DNA from: Gaiellales bacterium
GTDB lineage: Bacteria > Actinomycetota > Thermoleophilia > Gaiellales > F1-60-MAGs149
Assembly (NCBI GenBank): GCA_038911065.1
Contig: JBCKBR010000004.1
Span: 1,142-65,141, forward strand
Direction: 5' to 3'
Length of the DNA: 64,000 nt
This document shows, in pieces, positions 36,287 to 46,701 of this stretch. Numbering within the stretch: the first letter of the stretch is position 1; each line of letters opens with the position of its first letter. The translations under genes were made by a program, and so were the position numbers. A model generated the notes under the pieces. It saw only the letters and a list, made by a program, of their open reading frames with translations, was not told the origin of the DNA and did no database searches.

Positions 36287-37501
36287 CTACTCGAGCGATA
36301 GCCGGATACGATCGAGCGTCGGCAATGGCATCAATCCGTAGTGATAGAAATCCAGACGTTCCAGACCCGCCTGGCGACAGAGTTCCACCTTCACCGTGAG
36401 ATTTTGCAGATCGCTGCAATCGGTACCAAACGGCCGCAGAATTGCTCCACACAGCGTGTCCCCGGGTAGTCGTTGGCGATAGGCGTCGAGATCCAACGCA
36501 ACCCGCACTGGGTCGTGAGCGTACGCGATCGCCTCGATCGAACAAAAGGCCGCGATCGCCTCGAGATCGAGTCCAAGACGCCAGGCCTCAGCAGCAGCGG
36601 GGAGTCCCGTGGGGAGCCCGTCGGCATAGCCTTTGGCCGCTCCAGACATATCTAGGAGAATGAGTTGCCCCGACTCCTCACGACACGCAACCGCCACGCG
36701 CTCGACCAGTTTCGTGACGGTATCCTGGCGTACCCGAATCCACCGACCCATCTCTCCACCGCAAAGTTGGCTCGCCTGTTCGAGCGTCTCAACAGAGCCG
36801 ACTACCTGCTGCCCACTGTCGAATGCTGTCTGCAGAATCCGCCGTACGTCTGCAGTAAAACGCTCAACATCGATTCCCGCGCGTGCGCCAGCCGCAAGAC
36901 AGTGCTGACACATGCAGAGCCCGAGCAAAAAACGACCAACGGGGCCCGGATCAAACAACAGACGCTCGTGGTGCACGCCATGTTCGAGGCCATGAAAGTG
37001 CAGGGATTCTGCGACGACAGTCGGCATTCCGCTGCGCACGACAGCCCGAGCCAGCGTCGTTGCATAGGTCTGTGTGAGTGGATCAGCAGGGCATAGTTGT
37101 TCGGGGTAGCAGTCACCAAAAACGTTGCGCTCCGCTCCGAGACCGTCGTCAAGACCCGCACGATCTGCATGCAGAAAGACCGTCCATCCATCGACCTGAC
37201 GTTCGGCTGCACGCGACCGCTCGAGTAAATCCGCCAAGGCCTTGTCGGTGGTCTCGTCTCCTGCCACCTGTGGTTGCAGCCCGCTCTGCTTCCAGAGGTC
37301 AGGATCCAGCGGTATCCAAAGCCCAGCCTGTATCGAGCGCACGCGTCCCGTCCGGGCATGTGGGAGTAGATCACGCACGGCATGGTACGCCGTGGCGATC
37401 GTCACGCGATCGAGGCCCGCTCGACCACAAACGTCATCGAGAACCTGCTCCGCACCGACATCAGCGACGTCAACGAGCGAGCAAAAAAGCGAGGTTTTCA
37501 T
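36287..37501 (-). CDS. Hypothetical 404-aa protein, unknown function
   Basis: Long ORF with coding-like composition, convergent with the D-aminoacylase gene. It contains a CMCQHC (C-x-C-x2-C) cluster. I recognise no family. Confidence 0.6.
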   Translation of the reverse strand: MKTSLFCSLVDVADVGAEQVLDDVCGRAGLDRVTIATAYHAVRDLLPHARTGRVRSIQAGLWIPLDPDLWKQSGLQPQVAGDETTDKALADLLERSRAAERQVDGWTVFLHADRAGLDDGLGAERNVFGDCYPEQLCPADPLTQTYATTLARAVVRSGMPTVVAESLHFHGLEHGVHHERLLFDPGPVGRFLLGLCMCQHCLAAGARAGIDVERFTADVRRILQTAFDSGQQVVGSVETLEQASQLCGGEMGRWIRVRQDTVTKLVERVAVACREESGQLILLDMSGAAKGYADGLPTGLPAAAEAWRLGLDLEAIAAFCSIEAIAYAHDPVRVALDLDAYRQRLPGDTLCGAILRPFGTDCSDLQNLTVKVELCRQAGLERLDFYHYGLMPLPTLDRIRLSLE

Positions 37502-37565
37502 GGTTAGACGGTAGCGGTTTGGCTGGTCACCAGCGCCTGCTTCGTACCACTACAGATGGAATCTG

Positions 37566-37596
37566 CAGCGTGCCTGTGGGTTTGTCAGCGTGCCTG
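37566..37596. promoter_or_regulatory. Two 11-bp direct repeats (CAGCGTGCCTG) spaced 20 bp, upstream of the 404-aa gene
   Basis: Exact copies at 37566-37576 and 37586-37596, in the 98-bp gap between the uvrB stop and the ATG at 37501. Confidence 0.25.
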
Positions 37597-37599
37597 AAG

Positions 37600-39594
37600 T
37601 TAGATCGCAGCGAGTTCGCGCTGCAGCCCCTTGATCTCGTCGCGCAGGCGTGCGGCCTCCTCGAAACGCAACCCATCGGCAGCCATAAACATCGCCTCCT
37701 CAAGTTCGATCGATAGCCTCTCAAGTTCTTTCCGACTGAGCCCTTGCGGCACGGCTTTGCGTCCCCGCTGCGAGGCGGGCACGTTAGGACTCGCCTGCAT
37801 CAAGAACTCGGCGATGTCCGAGACGCCCTTGACGATCGTCTCCGGCGTAATCCCGTGTTCGGTGTTGTAGGCGACTTGGATCTCGCGACGACGTTGCGTC
37901 TCCGACATCGCGCCCTTGATCGAGTCGGTGATCTTGTCGCCGTACATGATCACGCGCCCGTTGACGTTGCGAGCAGCTCGGCCGATGGTCTGGATCAAAG
38001 CTGTTTGGCCGCGCAAGAAGCCTTCCTTGTCGGCGTCGAGGATCGCAACGAGGGACACCTCGGGGAGGTCAAGCCCTTCGCGCAGCAGGTTGACACCGAC
38101 CAGCACGTCGTACTCGCCAAGCCGGAGATCGCGGATAATCTGGATCCGTTCGAGCGTAACGATATCGGAGTGCAGGTAGCGGGCCCGAACGCCGTTTTCG
38201 ATCAGGTAGTTCGACAAGTCCTCCGCCATCTTCTTCGTCAGCGTCGTCACCAGCACGCGTTCGTTGCGCTGCTCGCGTAGACGAATCTCGCCGAGCAGGT
38301 TGTCGATCTGGCCCTCACTCGGACGCAGCTCGACCTCTGGATCGATCAGGCCAGTCGGCCGGATGATCTGCTCCACAATCCGGCCACCCTCACGCTGCTC
38401 GTACTTGCCGGGCGTCGCGGAAACCAGGACGCCCTGACCAACCTTGGTCAGGAACTCGTCGAACTGCAGCGGCCGATTGTCAAGCGCGGACGGCAGCCGA
38501 AAACCGTAGTCGATCAACTGTGTCTTACGCGAGCGATCGCCCTCGTACATACCGCCGATCTGTGGGATCGTCTGGTGCGACTCATCAACGAACAAGAGGT
38601 AGTCGCCGGGAAAGTAGTCCATCAGGGTAAATGGCGATGACCCTGGCTTGCGGCCTTCGAAGATACGCGAGTAGTTTTCGACACCGTTGCAATAGCCCAT
38701 CTCGCGGAGCATCTCGATGTCGTACTCCGTGCGCTGGCGAATGCGATGCGCCTCGAGCATCTTGCCGTCCTGTTCGAAGCGCTGTACGCACTCCTCCATC
38801 TCGCGGTAGATCTCTTGGGTCGCGCGTTCGACCGTTAGCGGGTCGGTCACATAGTGCGTCGCCGGATAGATAACAAGCTCGTCGACGCGTCCCATCACCT
38901 CTCCTGTCAACGGATCGAAGTGCGTGATGGTCTCCACCTCATCGCCGAAGAGCGCAATCCGGTAGGCCGTCTCCATGTAGGACGGCTGCAGTTCGATGAC
39001 ATCGCCGCGCGCGCGAAACTTTCCCCGCCCCAGCGCCGTATCGTTGCGGCGGTACTGAATGTCGACGAGGCTACGCAGCAGCTCGTCGCGCCCACCCGTA
39101 TCCTTGCCCTGCTTTAGAACAACCAGCCGTTCGCGATACTCTTCGGGCGAGCCGAGGCCGTAGATACACGAGACGGACGCGACGATAATCACATCGCGTC
39201 GCGTCAAGAGTGCCGCTGTCGCTGCGTGCCGCAGACGATCGATATCGTCGTTGACGACAGCATCCTTCTCGATATACGTGTCGGTCTGAGCGATGTACGC
39301 CTCGGGCTGGTAGTAGTCGTAGTAGGAGACGAAGTACTCAACAGCGTTGTCGGGAAAGAACTCGCGGAACTCATTGCAGAGTTGAGCTGCCAGCGTCTTG
39401 TTGTGCGCGATCACAAGCGCGGGCCGTTGCAGTTGCTCGATCACGAATGCCATCGTCGCGGTCTTGCCCGTCCCCGTCGCACCGAGCAGCGTGACGAAGC
39501 GTTCGCCCTCAGCCAGACCCTCGACGATACCCGCAATCGCGCGTGGCTGATCGCCATTCGGTTCGAAGGATCCTGCGAAGCGAAATGGTGGCAT
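37600..39594 (-). CDS. uvrB: Excinuclease ABC subunit B
   Basis: GDQPRAI, Walker A GATGTGKT, helicase motifs, and the C-terminal UVR domain ([18 protein letters not shown]). The start is uncertain (ATG 39594 preferred; ATG 39675 and TTG 39702 are possible). Confidence 0.95.
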   Translation of the reverse strand: MPPFRFAGSFEPNGDQPRAIAGIVEGLAEGERFVTLLGATGTGKTATMAFVIEQLQRPALVIAHNKTLAAQLCNEFREFFPDNAVEYFVSYYDYYQPEAYIAQTDTYIEKDAVVNDDIDRLRHAATAALLTRRDVIIVASVSCIYGLGSPEEYRERLVVLKQGKDTGGRDELLRSLVDIQYRRNDTALGRGKFRARGDVIELQPSYMETAYRIALFGDEVETITHFDPLTGEVMGRVDELVIYPATHYVTDPLTVERATQEIYREMEECVQRFEQDGKMLEAHRIRQRTEYDIEMLREMGYCNGVENYSRIFEGRKPGSSPFTLMDYFPGDYLLFVDESHQTIPQIGGMYEGDRSRKTQLIDYGFRLPSALDNRPLQFDEFLTKVGQGVLVSATPGKYEQREGGRIVEQIIRPTGLIDPEVELRPSEGQIDNLLGEIRLREQRNERVLVTTLTKKMAEDLSNYLIENGVRARYLHSDIVTLERIQIIRDLRLGEYDVLVGVNLLREGLDLPEVSLVAILDADKEGFLRGQTALIQTIGRAARNVNGRVIMYGDKITDSIKGAMSETQRRREIQVAYNTEHGITPETIVKGVSDIAEFLMQASPNVPASQRGRKAVPQGLSRKELERLSIELEEAMFMAADGLRFEEAARLRDEIKGLQRELAAI

Positions 39595-39734
39595 CCCCGT
39601 AGGGTGCCATAGGTCGGCGCGCGCTACAGGTACGTCGAGCGGGAAGCCCGGACGCGTAGATGGGGCACTTGGCATCGGGGTTATCACGCGTGACGCTCCC
39701 AACTTAGACCACCCCCGGGCACGTGTAATGAGAC

Positions 39735-40280
39735 TTAGTAGATCAGCCCCACCACACCCTTCAGATTCGTATCCGTCAGGATCGCACCCGTCAGGATCGC
39801 ACCCGTCAGGTTCGCAAGCGTCAGATTCGCGTTCGTCAGATCCGCACCCATCAGATCCGCACCCGCCAGATTCACACCCCTCAGGTCCGCACCCATCAGA
39901 TTCGCACCCCTCAGAATCGCACCCCTCAGAATCGCACGGGGCATAGTCGCATCCGTCAGAATCGCACCCGTCAGATCCGCACGGGGCATAGTCGCATCCG
40001 TCAGAATCGCACCCGTCAGATCCGCGCCCGCTAGATCCGCACGCGCCAGGTTCCCAAGCGTCAGGTTCGCACCCGCCAGATCTGCGCCCATCAGAATCGC
40101 ACCCGCCAGATTCGCAACCTTCAGATTCGCGCCCTTCAGATTCGCACCACTCAGGTCCGCACCCCTCAGAATCGTACCCGTCAGATTGAGGGGCACCGAC
40201 GCGTCAGCCGCGCGCGCCGCGATGCGCGCTAGTGCGTCCTCTGTACTCAAACGCTCCGGAATATCCTCATCATCTGCCAT
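39735..40280 (-). CDS. Pentapeptide-repeat protein (MfpA/Qnr-like size, 181 aa)
   Basis: About 28 consecutive A(D/N)LxG-type pentapeptides follow a ~40-aa acidic N-terminus. Confidence 0.85.
   Translation of the reverse strand: MADDEDIPERLSTEDALARIAARAADASVPLNLTGTILRGADLSGANLKGANLKVANLAGAILMGADLAGANLTLGNLARADLAGADLTGAILTDATMPRADLTGAILTDATMPRAILRGAILRGANLMGADLRGVNLAGADLMGADLTNANLTLANLTGAILTGAILTDTNLKGVVGLIY
39933..40022. repeat. Perfect 45-bp tandem duplication (2 copies) inside the pentapeptide-repeat gene
   Basis: CGCACGGGGCATAGTCGCATCCGTCAGAATCGCACCCGTCAGATC occurs at 39933-39977 and again at 39978-40022. This duplicates the 15 residues [15 protein letters not shown]. Confidence 0.95.
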
Positions 40281-40424
40281 ACCGGTGACGATACTGCAAC
40301 GTGCTGCACACGAAGAGAAAGCCTGGCGCGCTCGCCGGGTCGGTGTCTTTCCCGGGTGGCATAGTTTCTGTCAGCATCGAATGAGTGAAGCGGCGATACG
40401 TCGCGCACTACGCGATCTAGAACG

Positions 40425-41717
40425 CTACAGGTCGCGCGCGAACAGCTGGTCGATCGTCTCGCGCACGGTAATCAGCGTCGCTATTCCGTCCGAGACCAGC
40501 ACGGCTGCTGGACGCCCATACAGGTTGTAGTTGTGCGCCATTGTCTGGTGATACGCCCCTGTCGCCGGGACCGCGATGACGTCGCCGGCGACCGGCGCGG
40601 CTAATTCCATGCCCTCGCCGAGAACATCTGTCGATTCGCAGTGTCGACCAGCAATCCCGAAGCGACCCGTGCTCGGTGCCAGCGGTCGGGTTGCGATCAG
40701 TGGCGCATAGGTTGCCCCATACAGCCCAACCCGCATGTTGTCACCCATCCCACCATCGACCGCTACCCATGTCGAACCATCACCAACGGTCTTGACGCCG
40801 ACGACCGTATACAGCGTGACACCCGCAGAACCAACGATCGAACGCCCAGGCTCGACAATGATCTCGGGAATAGGAATGTCCCCTTCCCGACAGGCCGCAC
40901 TGATCGCCGTGACGAGGTTGGCAGTGTGCTCGCCGGGGTCCAGCTTCGCATCGCCCGGGAGATACGGGATGCCGAGACCGCCCCCTACGTCGAGCACCTC
41001 GAGTGCGATGCCCTCGCTCTGCGCAAACGTCGGCAGCCAACGCGCGGCCTCGAGCAGGGGTTCGGGATCGAGCACCTGCGAGCCAAGATGCACGTGCAGA
41101 CCGCGTGGACGTAACCCGGCCGGCGCAGCGCGTACCAGCGCGGCCCCCGCCGTCGGCGTCAAGCCAAACTTGGAACCATGATGCCCCGTGGCGATGTGCC
41201 GATGCGTGGCGACATCAATTCCTGGCGTAATCCGCACGAGGATGTCCTGGACCCGTCCCACCGCACGACAGAGCGCGCCGAGACGCTCGGCCTCGTCGTG
41301 TCCGTCGACGACAACGATCCCGGCATCGGCATCGATCGCCGCCCGTAGATCCTGCTCCGTCTTGGCATTGCCATGAACCACAAGTTGGGACCCTTCGAAA
41401 CCTGCCCGTAACGCGGCTGCAACCTCTCCGGCCGACGCGCAATCCGCAGACATCCCCTGCTCCCGAATCAGGCGCAGGACCGCGAGCGTGGACAAGGACT
41501 TCAAAGCGAAGGCCGCACGCGAACCAGCCGGAGCGGCAGTCAGTGCGTCGACCACCGATCTGGCGCGCTGTTGCACCGTCGATGCGTCGTAGACATAGAG
41601 CGGCGTGCCGTACTCCGCCGCCAGCGCCGCGAGGCTGACACCACCAACAGAGATTCCCGCCTCACCGACTGTGGTGCTGTCGGGAAACGGCGCCAGTTGT
41701 GGTGGTAGGTCGCTCAC
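40425..41717 (-). CDS. lysA: Diaminopimelate decarboxylase
   Basis: Fold-type-III PLP decarboxylase (FALKS PLP-Lys region, GGGLGIPY, CESTD). Confidence 0.9.
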   Translation of the reverse strand: MSDLPPQLAPFPDSTTVGEAGISVGGVSLAALAAEYGTPLYVYDASTVQQRARSVVDALTAAPAGSRAAFALKSLSTLAVLRLIREQGMSADCASAGEVAAALRAGFEGSQLVVHGNAKTEQDLRAAIDADAGIVVVDGHDEAERLGALCRAVGRVQDILVRITPGIDVATHRHIATGHHGSKFGLTPTAGAALVRAAPAGLRPRGLHVHLGSQVLDPEPLLEAARWLPTFAQSEGIALEVLDVGGGLGIPYLPGDAKLDPGEHTANLVTAISAACREGDIPIPEIIVEPGRSIVGSAGVTLYTVVGVKTVGDGSTWVAVDGGMGDNMRVGLYGATYAPLIATRPLAPSTGRFGIAGRHCESTDVLGEGMELAAPVAGDVIAVPATGAYHQTMAHNYNLYGRPAAVLVSDGIATLITVRETIDQLFARDL

Positions 41718-43036
41718 GGTGTCGGCGCGGTACGAGCCCGTGTTGCGGCAATCAATGCCGCGAGTGCAACGAGTTGCTGGTCGACGACGCCCGGCATCCC
41801 CGGCCCCTGTCGCGCAGCAATCGCCTCGTCCACCGTTGGCGAGGTAAAGCGCTCGCCCGCCGCGATTCGCCGCGCCACTTCGCTGTGTGCATCGCGAAAT
41901 GGCATACCCTCGCGGACGCGTTGCTCGGCCACATCGGTCGCGACCGTCGTGCCATCGTCGGCCGCTGCGCGCATTTTCGCGGCGTCGAAGCTGATTCCCT
42001 CGTAGGCCAGCGTCAGCAAGCGCAGGACACCGATCGTCGCATCGACCTGCTCAAAGACCGCCTGCTTATCTTCCTGCAGATCGCGGTTATAGGCGAGCGG
42101 AAGTCCTTTGAGCGTTGCCAACAGTCCTGTCAGACGACCGATCCCCGTGCCCGCTCGACCACGCGCCAGTTCCGCAACATCGGGATTCTTCTTCTGCGGC
42201 ATCATGCTCGAACCCGTTGCAACATCGTCTGCGAGTGCGGCCCAGGCGAACTCTTGGCTGGTCCAGAGGATCAATTCCTCGCCCATCCGCGAGCAGTGCA
42301 CGAGACACAGCGCACAGGCATAGAGGAGGTCTACCGCGAAATCACGATCAGAGACTGCATCCAACGAGTTTGCAAATGTTCCGCTCATGCCCAGTTCGGC
42401 GGCCACTGATACTGGATCAATTGGCAGGCTTGTGCCTGCTAGTGCGCCGGCGCCGAGCGGCGAAACATTGGCGGCCTCCTGTGCACGCTCAAATCGCACA
42501 ACATCGCGCTGCAGTGCCCAAGCATGGGCTGCGAGGTGATGCGCGAGTGGGACGGGCTGTGCGCGCTGCAGGTGTGTAAAACCCGGTAGTACAAGCGCGC
42601 CATCGCGCTGCGCGCGCTCGACCAAACACACCTGTAGCGAGCTGGTTGCCTGGGCCAGTTGATATGTGTGCGCACGACACCAGAGCCGAAACGCGGTCGC
42701 GACCTGATCGTTACGCGAGCGGCCAGCGTGCACCCTGCGACCAGTCTCTCCCAGCGCGGTGACGAGTTGTCGCTCGATCAGGCTGTGGACGTCTTCGTCC
42801 GTGGCATCTCCCTCAATCCCAATCGCCTCCAGCGCGTGCTCGATTTGACGCGCCTCGTCGACGGGAATGATCCCCTGACGGCCGAGCATCCGCACGTGTG
42901 CCTGCGAGGCCGCCACGTCGTACGGCAGCAGTCGTCGATCAACATCGAGCGACTGCGACAGCGCGAGCACGTCGGGATGGAGTCCGCCTGCGAGTCGTCC
43001 CGACCAGAGCGGAGCTTCTGCCTCGGTATCACCCAT
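41714..43036 (-). CDS. argH: Argininosuccinate lyase
   Basis: LWSGRL N-terminus, the fumarate-lyase signature GSSMMPQKKNPD, and an overlap with the lysA start. Confidence 0.9.
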   Translation of the reverse strand: MGDTEAEAPLWSGRLAGGLHPDVLALSQSLDVDRRLLPYDVAASQAHVRMLGRQGIIPVDEARQIEHALEAIGIEGDATDEDVHSLIERQLVTALGETGRRVHAGRSRNDQVATAFRLWCRAHTYQLAQATSSLQVCLVERAQRDGALVLPGFTHLQRAQPVPLAHHLAAHAWALQRDVVRFERAQEAANVSPLGAGALAGTSLPIDPVSVAAELGMSGTFANSLDAVSDRDFAVDLLYACALCLVHCSRMGEELILWTSQEFAWAALADDVATGSSMMPQKKNPDVAELARGRAGTGIGRLTGLLATLKGLPLAYNRDLQEDKQAVFEQVDATIGVLRLLTLAYEGISFDAAKMRAAADDGTTVATDVAEQRVREGMPFRDAHSEVARRIAAGERFTSPTVDEAIAARQGPGMPGVVDQQLVALAALIAATRARTAPTP

Positions 43037-43046
43037 CAACGACGCC

Positions 43047-44153
43047 CTAGTCGTCGTGCTTCAGAAAGCTCGGCACATCCAACACGTCGTCGGAAACCTC
43101 GAACGTGATCGGCGATGGGATCGCAAACTCCCGCGTCGAAAGCGGACTGGTCGGCTCGTTGCTGACATTTCGAGCGGGCCTGCGCGGCATCGGAGCTGGC
43201 TTACGATCGAAGCCCGTCGCCACGACTGTGACACGGAGATGGTCGCCCATCGCCTCGTCGATAACTGCGCCGAAGATGATGTTCGCATTGGCGTCGGCAG
43301 CGCTCGCAATCACCTCGGCGGCGTCGTTTACCTCGAACAATCCGAGGTCGGAACCACCCGTGATGTTAAGCAGAATGCCCGTCGCGCCTTCAACGCTCGA
43401 CTCGAGCAGTGGCGACGAGATCGCAGCTCGCGCAGCCTCACCGGCTCGCCGATCGCCAGCCGCCTGGCCGATACCCATCAGAGCCGTGCCGGAATCGCGC
43501 ATGACCGTGCGAATATCGGCAAAGTCAAGGTTGATCAGGCCGGGAATGGTGATCAGATCGGTGATGCCTTGCACGCCTTGCCGGAGCACGTCATCGGCGA
43601 GTTGGAAAGCATCGACGATTGAGGTGCGACGCTCGACGAGATTGAGCAGTCGGTCATTGGGGATCACGACGATCGTGTCGACGTGTAGAGCCAACTCTTC
43701 CACCCCACGGTCGGCCTGTTCGGAGCGACGGCGACCCTCGAAGCCGAAGGGTCGCGTCACGATGCCGACGGTGAGGGCGCCCAACTCGCGCGCCACCTCG
43801 GCGATAATCGGCGCGGCACCCGTGCCGGTGCCGCCGCCTTCGCCCGCCGTCACAAAGACCATGTCGGCGCCACGCAGCGCCTCTTTGATCTCTTCCTTGC
43901 TTTCGATGGCGGCCTCACGGCCGACGTCCGGATTCGCGCCGGCACCGAGGCCGCGCGTAATCTTCTTACCCAGTTGGATCTTGATGTCTGCGTCCGTCAT
44001 CAGCAAGGCCTGAGCATCCGTGTTCGCGGCAATAAACTCGACGCCGCGCACACCAGAATCGACCATGCGATTGACCGCATTGGTGCCACCGCCGCCGACG
44101 CCGACGACCTTAATCACCGCTAGATACGCTCCGCTGTTGTCTCGCGCTGCCAT
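43047..44153 (-). CDS. ftsZ: Cell division GTPase FtsZ
   Basis: [13 protein letters not shown], the tubulin signature [10 protein letters not shown], and the C-terminal DVPSFLK peptide. Confidence 0.97.
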   Translation of the reverse strand: MAARDNSGAYLAVIKVVGVGGGGTNAVNRMVDSGVRGVEFIAANTDAQALLMTDADIKIQLGKKITRGLGAGANPDVGREAAIESKEEIKEALRGADMVFVTAGEGGGTGTGAAPIIAEVARELGALTVGIVTRPFGFEGRRRSEQADRGVEELALHVDTIVVIPNDRLLNLVERRTSIVDAFQLADDVLRQGVQGITDLITIPGLINLDFADIRTVMRDSGTALMGIGQAAGDRRAGEAARAAISSPLLESSVEGATGILLNITGGSDLGLFEVNDAAEVIASAADANANIIFGAVIDEAMGDHLRVTVVATGFDRKPAPMPRRPARNVSNEPTSPLSTREFAIPSPITFEVSDDVLDVPSFLKHDD

Positions 44154-44333
44154 GATGCCTCCGCTCAGTCTCTACGTCTACGTCAGGTTTAGGTCGGGTC
44201 CAGAAAACACAAAAAGCCCACCGCTATAGAGCGGGAACCGCTTGCAGTGTACTAGATCAGTCGGATGCGCGTCAATACCAAGACTCAGGGTCATCCCAAG
44301 TGTCATGCGGACTCTCTCACCCTCACGCTGAGA

Positions 44334-45224
44334 TTAGCCAAAGAGGGTCCTGATGCTCTCCGCGGGTGCCGAACCCGCAACCCACGTGCCTAGGTCCGTA
44401 TTGCTCGCAAGTGGAGTTACGGCGGGCCTTGGAGCGTTCTCCGTAACCGTGTTCGGATCGGACTCGCGCAAGGCAGGCGCTGTCGGCACGGTCACATCGA
44501 TGTACTCGACCGTACCCGTGGCGCGTCGCAAGACGGAGCGCGCAACGCGCAACTTGATTGCCAACTGGCGACTGTCGCCGATCCGCACCTCAGCTCCGCG
44601 ATCGGTCCGTCCGACCAAGCCATCTTGACCGTAGCCGATCGCCCGAAAGCGCAAGGCGCGCGTCGGAGCGGCCGCGAGCGCTAACTGCTCAAGCACGCCT
44701 GGTGCAGTAATCGTGCCACCGGCACCTGGAAGGTCGCTCGGTGCAGCTGCCAACATTGGGAGTCCAGACGTACTCGCGGTCACGGGTCCGAGGACGCGCC
44801 CAGAAGCGGCGAGTACGACGAGACCACTGCCTGTTGGCGCCAGTGCGACGGGGTGCTCAGGCACAACACGGACGCGCAGCGTGTTCGGAAATGCTCGGTC
44901 GACCTGTGCCGATTGGATGCGTGGAATTGTCGCGAGGACCGCAGCCAGCCGGTCGGGGTCGACTGAAAGCATGCTCACAGACCCAACCTCGTCGAGTGCC
45001 CGCTGGCGTACAGATGGTGCGGCCTTGGTACTACCGGAGACTTCCACCTGGCGCACGTCGAAGGCTCCCGTGCCCGCGATCAATCGATAACCGAGAGCAC
45101 CCATCCCAACCAGCACGAGGATGAGCATGAGAAACATCGGAAGCAACGCAATGCGGCGTCGATTAAACGCGAACCCGCGCGCCATTGTTCCTGCCACCGC
45201 CATGCGCACGGATTCGCCCATCAC
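44334..45224 (-). CDS. ftsQ: Cell division protein FtsQ (POTRA domain)
   Basis: A single N-terminal TM followed by a FDVRQVEVSG POTRA start. Sits directly upstream of ftsZ. Confidence 0.7.
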   Translation of the reverse strand: MMGESVRMAVAGTMARGFAFNRRRIALLPMFLMLILVLVGMGALGYRLIAGTGAFDVRQVEVSGSTKAAPSVRQRALDEVGSVSMLSVDPDRLAAVLATIPRIQSAQVDRAFPNTLRVRVVPEHPVALAPTGSGLVVLAASGRVLGPVTASTSGLPMLAAAPSDLPGAGGTITAPGVLEQLALAAAPTRALRFRAIGYGQDGLVGRTDRGAEVRIGDSRQLAIKLRVARSVLRRATGTVEYIDVTVPTAPALRESDPNTVTENAPRPAVTPLASNTDLGTWVAGSAPAESIRTLFG

Positions 45225-45298
45225 CCGTCTTTCCCTGCCGGGAAAGACGCATCACTACGCGCCTTGCGGCTGTCGCGACGCACGCGCGACAGCGCGCT

Positions 45299-46114
45299 CT
45301 AGGCGACGAAGCTGACGGACACATCGCCGAGCATATCGTTGATGATTTGCACCTCGCTGCCGGGGTCAATCCAATGCGTCGCGACGAGGCTGCCGAGCAT
45401 CACGAATTCGCCTGCTCGCAGCGTGATGCCCCGCGTGGATGCGCTACGCGCAAGCCATGCCAGCGCCTCCAGTGGGTGCCCGAGCACATCCTCCCCACGC
45501 CCCGACCCAACCTCGCTGCCGTCAATCAGCATCTGCGCGAAAACCTCGTCCAATGCTTCCGGGTCGAATCCCGCGACAGGACGACCCAGCACAACCCCTG
45601 CACCAAAGAAGTCGTCCGCGATCAACGTTTGGGCGTCCAACGCGCCGTAGTCAACGTAGCGGTCCTCGACGATCTCGATCGCAGCCATGCACTCGCCCAC
45701 GGCAGCGCCGACCGTCGCTCGGTCGTACGGTGCTGCAGTACTACGGGGAGGAAGGTCGCACGACAAACGGACGGCCACTTCGCACTCTACTCCCAGCCGA
45801 TTGGCGCCACGCACCTGCACGACCGCCCCGCTGGCGTGGGTTTCGGCCCGCAATACGCCACCCGCAGACGGGTTGTGGATACCCAGGTAGGCCTGCATGA
45901 CCGCTGTCGTACAGCCGATCTTGTGGCCCGCAAAATCGCCCTGGCCGTGCTCCGTCAATAGTCGATGCACGACCCCCTGCAGACGATAGGCATCCCCTTC
46001 CGATGCGGGCACAAGCTCGTCTGGCAGTGCCTCGAAGCGGTCCCGCGCGAGCCGCGCCTCGACGAGAATCGCAGCGGCCTGATCGATCTGCGTGTCATTC
46101 ATGGCGCCATCCAC
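45299..46114 (-). CDS. 2-keto-4-pentenoate hydratase/FAH-family hydratase-decarboxylase
   Basis: MhpD/XylJ-like sequence (...GHKIGCTTAVMQ..., ...GEFVMLGSL...). Confidence 0.7.
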   Translation of the reverse strand: MDGAMNDTQIDQAAAILVEARLARDRFEALPDELVPASEGDAYRLQGVVHRLLTEHGQGDFAGHKIGCTTAVMQAYLGIHNPSAGGVLRAETHASGAVVQVRGANRLGVECEVAVRLSCDLPPRSTAAPYDRATVGAAVGECMAAIEIVEDRYVDYGALDAQTLIADDFFGAGVVLGRPVAGFDPEALDEVFAQMLIDGSEVGSGRGEDVLGHPLEALAWLARSASTRGITLRAGEFVMLGSLVATHWIDPGSEVQIINDMLGDVSVSFVA

Positions 46115-46617
46115 GCCACAAATGCGACACCCGCAACGAGGCCGATCACCGACGTACAGAAAAACAGCACGTTGAGACCAAAACGTGTTTGCGGCTTACC
46201 GCTCTTGCTGGGATTACGCGCTCTCCGCCAAAGCATTGTCGGAATCACAGCGAGCAAGAGACAGACCATGCCGAGCGCGAGGGATACGAGCGAGAAACCG
46301 TCGCCATCCTGTGGCTGCAACGCGCGGTTGACGAAGTGCGCCGTGCCGATCACGAAGACGGCAGGCCAAAGCCACGCGATAGCACCGGCTGGCCACGATT
46401 TTGGGGCCACCATCACGTAGCTGAAGGCGCCGAGAATCGTAATTGGGAGGCTCTTAAGCACAGCATCGGCAACCTCTGGACAATGCTTCTGGCGGATCAC
46501 GCCACCAATTTGGAGACAGAACTCACCCACCCCAGAAAAACCACTCGCAATGAAATACAGGGTCCCCACGCCCGCGGCCGCCAGGGCCATACAGAGCAGA
46601 CTAATCAGCACTCGCAC
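46099..46617 (-). CDS. Hypothetical integral membrane protein (172 aa)
   Basis: Five hydrophobic segments. I recognise no family. Confidence 0.5.
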   Translation of the reverse strand: MRVLISLLCMALAAAGVGTLYFIASGFSGVGEFCLQIGGVIRQKHCPEVADAVLKSLPITILGAFSYVMVAPKSWPAGAIAWLWPAVFVIGTAHFVNRALQPQDGDGFSLVSLALGMVCLLLAVIPTMLWRRARNPSKSGKPQTRFGLNVLFFCTSVIGLVAGVAFVAWMAP

Positions 46618-46701
46618 GTGTCGAACCTCTCCTTATTCGTCCCTGTCTATCGTGACAGTCACGGCCACGGAGCGTCACGGATGGAAGGCGCGACGCGAAA
46701 G

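Noticed and set aside
39728-39946. Plus-strand ORF encoding [10 protein letters not shown] repeats, and the general 15-nt periodicity of 39760-40200, which at first glance could suggest a repeat array or CRISPR.
   Set aside because: It is the antisense shadow of the pentapeptide-repeat gene. The periodicity is 15 nt with no spacer/repeat alternation, and the minus-strand frame gives a canonical pentapeptide-repeat protein.
40281-40424. Possible terminator or riboswitch between lysA and the pentapeptide gene.
   Set aside because: Only weak 4-5 bp stems are present (CCGGG...CCCGG, CGCG...CGCG). Nothing is strong enough to call.
43105-44013. 302-aa plus-strand ORF (and 43056..43622).
   Set aside because: Antisense to ftsZ, whose identity is unambiguous.
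44154-44333. 180-bp ftsQ-ftsZ intergenic region, checked for a small ORF, ncRNA or an ftsA remnant.
   Set aside because: I found no ORF of meaningful length, no conserved-looking structure and no repeats. It is most simply the ftsZ promoter/leader region, and ftsA is normally absent in Actinobacteria.
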